Below are positions 58,452-64,000 of a DNA stretch of 64,000 bases, piece by piece. The translations under genes and the position numbers were made by a program. Position 1 is the first letter of the stretch, and the number at the start of each line of letters is the position of its first letter. The notes below the pieces were generated by a model. It made no database searches. It was not told the DNA's origin and saw nothing but the letters and a program-made list of their open reading frames with translations. The stretch comes from Bdellovibrionales bacterium. GTDB taxonomy: Bacteria; Bdellovibrionota; Bdellovibrionia; Bdellovibrionales; UBA1609. Location: positions 32,001 through 96,000 of the forward strand of contig CBDBIB010000001.1 of NCBI GenBank assembly GCA_965205945.1. The letters are read 5' to 3'.

Positions 58452-59669
58452 TTAACCTTTTTCTAAGCCAAACTCAACATGAAGAGCTTGAACCGCTAAT
58501 TCAACTTGTTCACGAGGAAGCACACCACTCATTTTAATATCACTTGTAGTTACAAGTTTTAAATCAACTCCTGATTCTTTAAAAGTTTTAAAAAATCTTG
58601 CAGCAACTCCTGAATAAGTTATCATTCCAACACCAACAATAGAAACCTTTGCAACATTAGGAATCTCTTTAATCTTAATTGTTTCATCTTTAAATAAAGA
58701 TTTTAATATTTTTATTCCCTCAAAAACATCTTCATCGGCAATAGAGAATGCCACTCGTTGGCCCTTAGCAACTTGAGTTTGAGAAATAATATCCACCAGA
58801 ATTTCTTTTTCAGATAATTTTGTAAAAAGCTCGGCTAAACAACTTACCCCTGCAGGTGCCGGTTCTACTGATAAAATCGTAATTTTAGAATCATGGGTTA
58901 TTGCTGAAACTACTGATGCTTCCATGGTATTTTTCCTTTTTAATATCCACGTACCTTCACTCTCTAGAAAACTTGATCTAACATGTATTGGAATATCATA
59001 TTTTGCTGCAATTTCCACACATCTAAAGTGTAAAACTTTAGACCCTAAAGTAGCCATTTCCATCATTTCTTCGTAATTTAGTTGATAAATTTTAGAGGCT
59101 TTGGGCTCAATCCTTGGATCCGCTGAGTAAACTCCATCAACATCAGTAAAAATTTCACAAACTGATGCATTTAAGGCCGCTGCCAGTGCAACACTTGTTG
59201 TGTCAGACCCCCCTCGACCTAAAGTTGTCACTCTATCTTTCTTATCTATTCCTTGAAAACCTGCAACTACAGGTATAATACCAGAATCTAGCATCTTAGT
59301 TAAAAGAGATGTTTCAACATTTTGTATTCGAGCCTTAGAATACATAGAATCTGTTTTAATACCTAATTGAAAGGCTAGCATTGGAGAAGACTGCATGCCT
59401 CTTTTTTGCAGTGCCAGTGCTAACAACGAAACCGACACCTGCTCTCCTGAGGCCAATAAAAGATCGTAGGCGTCTCCCCCTCTAGCATTAAAATTCATAT
59501 TATAAGCAAGCTGTATAAGCCTATTTGTTTCACCAGACATTGCCGATGCAACAACAACAAAGCGTTCACCCTTATTAAATGATTTAACCAGTCTATCGGC
59601 AACCTTTTTAATCCTTTTTATAGATCCTATAGAAGTTCCACCGAACTTCTTGACCAAAACGTTTTTCAT
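58452..59669 (-). CDS. lysC: Aspartate kinase
   Basis: KFGGTS, SAMSGETN, TLGRGGSD, TDVDG...DP, two ACT domains. ATG 59669 with GAAGG RBS. Confidence 0.96.
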   Translation of the reverse strand: MKNVLVKKFGGTSIGSIKRIKKVADRLVKSFNKGERFVVVASAMSGETNRLIQLAYNMNFNARGGDAYDLLLASGEQVSVSLLALALQKRGMQSSPMLAFQLGIKTDSMYSKARIQNVETSLLTKMLDSGIIPVVAGFQGIDKKDRVTTLGRGGSDTTSVALAAALNASVCEIFTDVDGVYSADPRIEPKASKIYQLNYEEMMEMATLGSKVLHFRCVEIAAKYDIPIHVRSSFLESEGTWILKRKNTMEASVVSAITHDSKITILSVEPAPAGVSCLAELFTKLSEKEILVDIISQTQVAKGQRVAFSIADEDVFEGIKILKSLFKDETIKIKEIPNVAKVSIVGVGMITYSGVAARFFKTFKESGVDLKLVTTSDIKMSGVLPREQVELAVQALHVEFGLEKG

Positions 59670-59699
59670 AGTGTTTCCTTCTAACAAAGAGGTTCACAT

Positions 59700-60371
59700 A
59701 TGAAAAGTTTTATCTTTGGAAAATCATCATTAAACCTTCCCCTTTTTGGAATAGATTTTTGTTACAAAATCACAAATACTTCAAAGCATATCCTTATTCT
59801 TAGTGGGGTTCATGGGGATGAGGTTGAAGGAGTTATCTTAGCAAAAGCTCTTATAGGAAAACTTATAAAACACCCTATTAAAAATATAAAAATTTCCTTA
59901 GTACCAGAATTTAATATTGAAGGTATTTTATTAAAAACTCGACAAAACTATGCAGGAGTGGATTTAAATCGTAATCTTCCTACAAAAGACTGGACTCCAA
60001 CTTATACAAAAATTCGATACTTCCCTGGAACAGCCCCCTGTAGTGAAAATGAAAATAAAGCCCTTAATACTTACCTTAATGAAAATAAAATTGACTTTAT
60101 CATATCCCTACACTCATGGAAGCCCATGCTTAATATCAACGGCGACTGCTCTTTAATTGCTGACCATATTTCAAAAAAAACAGGTCTTATAATTAAGGAC
60201 AATATTGGCTATCCTACTCCTGGCTCTTTAGGAACCTACACAGGTTTTGAAAAAAATATCCCTACTCTAACCTATGAAATTCAAAAAGGAATTGATATGG
60301 AAGAAATTTTAAAAGTTCATTTAAAACCTATTTATGACAGTATTAAAATATTTAGTGAAGGAAAAAAATAA
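59700..60371 (+). CDS. mpaA: M14 zinc carboxypeptidase, murein-tripeptide amidase MpaA-like
   Basis: GVHGDE, RQN..GVDLNRN, SLHS, GYPTPGSLG, TYE. Confidence 0.75.
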   Translation: MKSFIFGKSSLNLPLFGIDFCYKITNTSKHILILSGVHGDEVEGVILAKALIGKLIKHPIKNIKISLVPEFNIEGILLKTRQNYAGVDLNRNLPTKDWTPTYTKIRYFPGTAPCSENENKALNTYLNENKIDFIISLHSWKPMLNINGDCSLIADHISKKTGLIIKDNIGYPTPGSLGTYTGFEKNIPTLTYEIQKGIDMEEILKVHLKPIYDSIKIFSEGKK

Positions 60372-60373
60372 CT

Positions 60374-61216
60374 ATGAGCACTACATATCTAGAAAATAAA
60401 ATTGAAAAATACTACAATGAGTCTAAAAATTCTATAAAGTTTGATTCATTTCCACAAGAAATGATTGATTCTATAAAAATGACTATTGACTTACTTGATA
60501 AAGGAAAACTTCGTACAGTCAAATATTCTAAAAACAATGACAAGTGGATTGTAAATGAGTGGGTAAAAAAAGCTATTTTACTTTATTTTAAAATTAAAAA
60601 AATGAAGGTCTTTGAATCTGGTGACCTTAGTTTCTATGATAAAATCCCACTTAAGAAGTGGACTGGAGCAGAAGGAGTTAGGGTGGTACCTCAAGCTCTA
60701 GTTAGAAAAGGCGCCTACATTGAACCTGGCACAGTGCTTATGCCAAGCTACGTAAATATTGGAGCTTATGTTGGATCCGGGTCAATGGTAGACACTTGGG
60801 CCACTGTTGGGTCATGTGCACAAATTGGAAAAAATGTTCATCTTTCCGGTGGTGTTGGAATTGGTGGAGTCTTAGAACCGCTTCAAGCCACTCCAGTAAC
60901 TATTGAAGACGATGTTTTTATTGGAAGCAGATGTATTGTAGTTGAAGGCGCTCTTGTGAAAAAAGGTGCTGTTTTAGGAGCTGGTGTTGTAATCACTGCA
61001 TCTACTAAAATTATTGATGTAACAGGGCCTAAGGAAACTCTTTATAATAATCTAATTCCTCAAAATTCTGTTGTTATTCCTGGTACTATTGAAAAAAAGT
61101 TTGCATCAGGAGCTTATGGAGTACCTGTAGCCTTAATAATTGGTAAACGAAAACAATCAACAAATAAAAAAACTTCACTAAACCAGACTTTAAGAAGTTT
61201 TAATGTTAGTGTATAA
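60374..61216 (+). CDS. dapD: Tetrahydrodipicolinate N-succinyltransferase
   Basis: W.VNEWVKKAILLYF, YDK.P.K, LMPSYVNIGAYV, DTWATVGSCAQIG, GGVLEPLQA. Confidence 0.97.
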   Translation: MSTTYLENKIEKYYNESKNSIKFDSFPQEMIDSIKMTIDLLDKGKLRTVKYSKNNDKWIVNEWVKKAILLYFKIKKMKVFESGDLSFYDKIPLKKWTGAEGVRVVPQALVRKGAYIEPGTVLMPSYVNIGAYVGSGSMVDTWATVGSCAQIGKNVHLSGGVGIGGVLEPLQATPVTIEDDVFIGSRCIVVEGALVKKGAVLGAGVVITASTKIIDVTGPKETLYNNLIPQNSVVIPGTIEKKFASGAYGVPVALIIGKRKQSTNKKTSLNQTLRSFNVSV

Positions 61217-61480
61217 ATTTTTTAAAAAGATTAAAAAATAAATACTGTTTTAAACTTATCCGCTCTAACCTTTACTTATAATAGTTATCATTAATATTAC
61301 CCCTAGTATTTTAATGAAGTACACAATGAAAAAAATATCGACATGAAAAATCTCTAAATAACTCTTCTAAAATCTAGATTTATCTAAATTTAAAAAACAC
61401 TTAAATTTAACACAATTATTGTGTGTAGCAACGATGGTTTTTTAATACCAGTTTAATTTACTATTTTATTTTAATATTGG

Positions 61481-62719
61481 TTATTCTAATCTAGTTTCAG
61501 ATTGTATAAAACTTAACCAACCTCTTGCGGCTTCAGACTTATCTGCGATTACTATAAAGCTCTGCCTTGAAAGATCTAATTTACTTAAATTAAAATAAGC
61601 TACACCAAGACCCATATAAATTTGCTCTTTATCCTCTAAGTTAAGCTTCATATCTTTAATAGATTGAAAAATAACTCTGGCCTCAACCCATTTCTCTTCT
61701 GCTAAAAGAATCTGTCCTAATTGAATTGAAGTCCTCACTTCAGGATTAGTTTTATGAATTTCCTTTAAAATTTTAAGAGCTTTTTTATTTTCACGAGCAC
61801 TCATATATGCAGAAGCCAATTGCTTTTGAGCTTTTAAAGTTCCTCTTTCTTTTTTAGTAAGCTTGTTCTCAATCCACATAGCCGCTTTATATGGAATATC
61901 AGTAGAAATCATTAAGCTTGAAGCATTTTGAATTTGTTTATCACCACCAACAGTTCCCATTAAATAGCCCATCTCTAAAACTACTAATCCCTTTGCTTCT
62001 TCACCAGTTGATAAATGACCTGCAGCCCATTGTTTCCAATACACTTCCTTTGTTGGATTCTGAGCAACGAGTATTTTTAAAGCTTTAGTCGCCTCTTTAT
62101 ATTTTTCATTTGCAAAATATAAACTAACAGCCATTGCAAGCCAAGACTCTTTAGGCTCTGTAGTTAAATCAATGGCTTTTTGAATAGCTTTTAACGCTTC
62201 TTTTTTCTTTTTTTGCCCATATAAAGCACCTGCTAAAATTGCATAAACTTGACTATTTGAGCTTGGAGCTACTTTTAACCAAAAACTTATTATTTCTTCT
62301 GTTTTTTTATATTTTGAATTCATCATTTCAAGTTGAGCAATAATATAAATAATGGATAGTGTCGCAGCTTGTGGTAATGAGTCTATATCTAATGTTTTTT
62401 CAAAAGCTTTTAATGCTTTTTGGTTCTGCCCTTTTTGTGCATATGCATAAGCTAATGCTTGAACTACTTGAGCATTCTCTGATGGATTTAACACAGTTCT
62501 TACTTCAAGCTTTTTAAACATTGCAAACGCTCTTTTTATTTGACCAGAACTTAAATCTTCTTGAGCTCTAATTAAAAGCTTATGTGTTCTTTCTGACAGT
62601 GAGGCACCTGGTCGCTTTGAGATTTTTTTCTTAAAGACTTTTGTATCTTGTGAAAAATTAAATGCTTGAGACGATATGCAAAAACCATAAATTAATATAA
62701 AAAAACCTAGTTTCTTCAT
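61481..62719 (-). CDS. Secreted TPR protein of a TonB system
   Basis: Signal peptide, TPR-like helices, YWKQ..G, A.GWL.FI end; directly after tonB. Confidence 0.8.
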   Translation of the reverse strand: MKKLGFFILIYGFCISSQAFNFSQDTKVFKKKISKRPGASLSERTHKLLIRAQEDLSSGQIKRAFAMFKKLEVRTVLNPSENAQVVQALAYAYAQKGQNQKALKAFEKTLDIDSLPQAATLSIIYIIAQLEMMNSKYKKTEEIISFWLKVAPSSNSQVYAILAGALYGQKKKKEALKAIQKAIDLTTEPKESWLAMAVSLYFANEKYKEATKALKILVAQNPTKEVYWKQWAAGHLSTGEEAKGLVVLEMGYLMGTVGGDKQIQNASSLMISTDIPYKAAMWIENKLTKKERGTLKAQKQLASAYMSARENKKALKILKEIHKTNPEVRTSIQLGQILLAEEKWVEARVIFQSIKDMKLNLEDKEQIYMGLGVAYFNLSKLDLSRQSFIVIADKSEAARGWLSFIQSETRLE

Positions 62720-63360
62720 TAAGCACCGTCCAATTTAAAATCAATTTGAATACCATGCCCTTTTACAGCATATGGTCTTCCATTTTTTATAGGTGGTTTA
62801 TATTTATATTTACTCGCCGCACCTACAGCTGCACGATCAAAGACCCTTCTCGGGCTTGAATTTACCACTCTTACATTACTAACTGATCCATCAGGTTGAA
62901 TATCAACTAACATCTGAACAAAACCCTCTAAACCTTTCATAGCTGCTTGTCTTGGATACTGAGGATCAACCTTTACTATTGGCACCATTTCTGAATCTAA
63001 AGATCCTACAGCACTAACCCCACCAAGAAACGGCCCTCCGCCTAAATCTAAACCCAATGCCAACGGTACAACCTGCATTTGCGGGTTAGTGTTTTTAGGT
63101 TTATTTACTTTAGCTATCTTAGGCTTTGGAACATCTGGCTGTTTTTCAACTTTAGGAGGCACCTTAGGCTTAATACGTTCACGTTCATTTAATTCACTTA
63201 AACGAATATTTCTTAAAAAGGAAAGATCCATTTTATCTTTTTTATTAAGCGCTGTTGATGGCTCAGAAATGATATAACCAACTCCTAAAAAAACTAAAGG
63301 GACAACCATTAAAGCCCCCCAGATATTAAGATTTTTTTTATAACCTAATGAAAACTTCAC
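62719..63360 (-). CDS. tonB: Energy transducer TonB
   Basis: N-terminal TM, Pro/Lys linker, P.YP..A...G.EG.V, FDRAA..A..KYKYKP. Confidence 0.9.
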   Translation of the reverse strand: MKFSLGYKKNLNIWGALMVVPLVFLGVGYIISEPSTALNKKDKMDLSFLRNIRLSELNERERIKPKVPPKVEKQPDVPKPKIAKVNKPKNTNPQMQVVPLALGLDLGGGPFLGGVSAVGSLDSEMVPIVKVDPQYPRQAAMKGLEGFVQMLVDIQPDGSVSNVRVVNSSPRRVFDRAAVGAASKYKYKPPIKNGRPYAVKGHGIQIDFKLDGA

Positions 63361-63764
63361 TAGTTAGTCGACTCCTTTGCAGCAATGGAAATATCCTGCA
63401 CTCCGGCAAGTTTAATTTGATCCATAACCTTAACTAAAACACCTGTTTTAGATCCTACATCAGCCTGGATTATTACAGCTCCCTCAGGACTTTCAGCATG
63501 AAGCCTCTCTATGTTTGCCCTAACTGATCTAACATCCACTTGCCTCTTATCAACCCAAATCTCGTCATTAACTCCAATAGCTACAAATATAGAGGCGTTT
63601 TCTTTTTTCTTAGCAGCTTTTGCTGAGGGACGGTTAACTTGTAGACCCGCTTCTTTTACAAATGAAGTAGTTACAATAAAGAAAATCAACATGATAAACG
63701 TAACATCCAGCATTGGTGTTAAATCTATTCCAGCTTCATTAGATGAACTCTTTCTTCTTCTCAT
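63360..63764 (-). CDS. exbD: Biopolymer transporter ExbD
   Basis: IDLTPMLDV.FIMLIFFIVTTSF, IQAD, VMD..K.AG. Confidence 0.93.
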   Translation of the reverse strand: MRRRKSSSNEAGIDLTPMLDVTFIMLIFFIVTTSFVKEAGLQVNRPSAKAAKKKENASIFVAIGVNDEIWVDKRQVDVRSVRANIERLHAESPEGAVIIQADVGSKTGVLVKVMDQIKLAGVQDISIAAKESTN

Positions 63765-63765
63765 C

Positions 63766-64000
63766 TTACTCTCCACCTTTTAATTCAAAAGTTTCTGATA
63801 AAGTTAACTCAAGTTTTGCTCTATCATTTTTGAGTTTATTAATTCCAATAAGTCCAATTAAAGCAATAATCATACTTACCATTGTAGGAAGGGTTGCTTG
63901 AGAAACTCCGCCGGCCATGAGCCTTGGATTACCTAAACCTTTATGAGCCATCACATCAAAAACTGAAATCATTCCAGTTACTGTTCCAAGTAAACCAAGC
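63766..64000 (-). CDS. exbB: MotA/TolQ/ExbB proton channel, 3' part (truncated by window)
   Basis: LGLLGTVTGMI..F, MAGGVSQATLPTM. Confidence 0.88.
   Translation of the reverse strand, partial: LGLLGTVTGMISVFDVMAHKGLGNPRLMAGGVSQATLPTMVSMIIALIGLIGINKLKNDRAKLELTLSETFELKGGE

Overview
AT-rich bacterial chromosomal window, most likely from a Bdellovibrionota-like predator (MAT-type fibre N-terminus, DILWVIDNSxSM vWA lipoproteins, FabMG, many orphan secreted proteins). It appears to span the replication terminus: by eye the + strand changes from G-rich to C-rich and there is a dif-like site at 26571-26598. The left arm (1-14.5 kb) holds orphan envelope genes plus a few housekeeping genes. The centre (14.4-37.7 kb) is an accessory surface-protein zone. 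It has four mosaic vWA lipoprotein paralogs, IS remnants and an 8.5-kb fibre adhesin with about 3.4 x 969-bp stalk repeats and 31 x 75-bp DUF285/BspA-like repeats that vary only at non-synonymous sites. The right arm (37.8-64 kb) is housekeeping (mnmD, radical SAM, gpmA, fadD, pur operon, thrS-infC, lysC-lysA, mpaA-dapD, ExbB/ExbD/TonB/TPR). The main finding is three XerC/XerD dif-like sites. Two are direct and bracket the adhesin gene. Two are inverted with identical spacers and bracket a 466-bp segment just upstream of it, with a decayed adhesin-repeat fragment abutting the third site. This suggests an XerCD-driven adhesin exchange or inversion system at the terminus. Most of the surface genes also have sigma-28-like promoters 6-7 nt from the start codon, implying leaderless mRNAs. 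All assignments come from reading the sequence; no searches were run.
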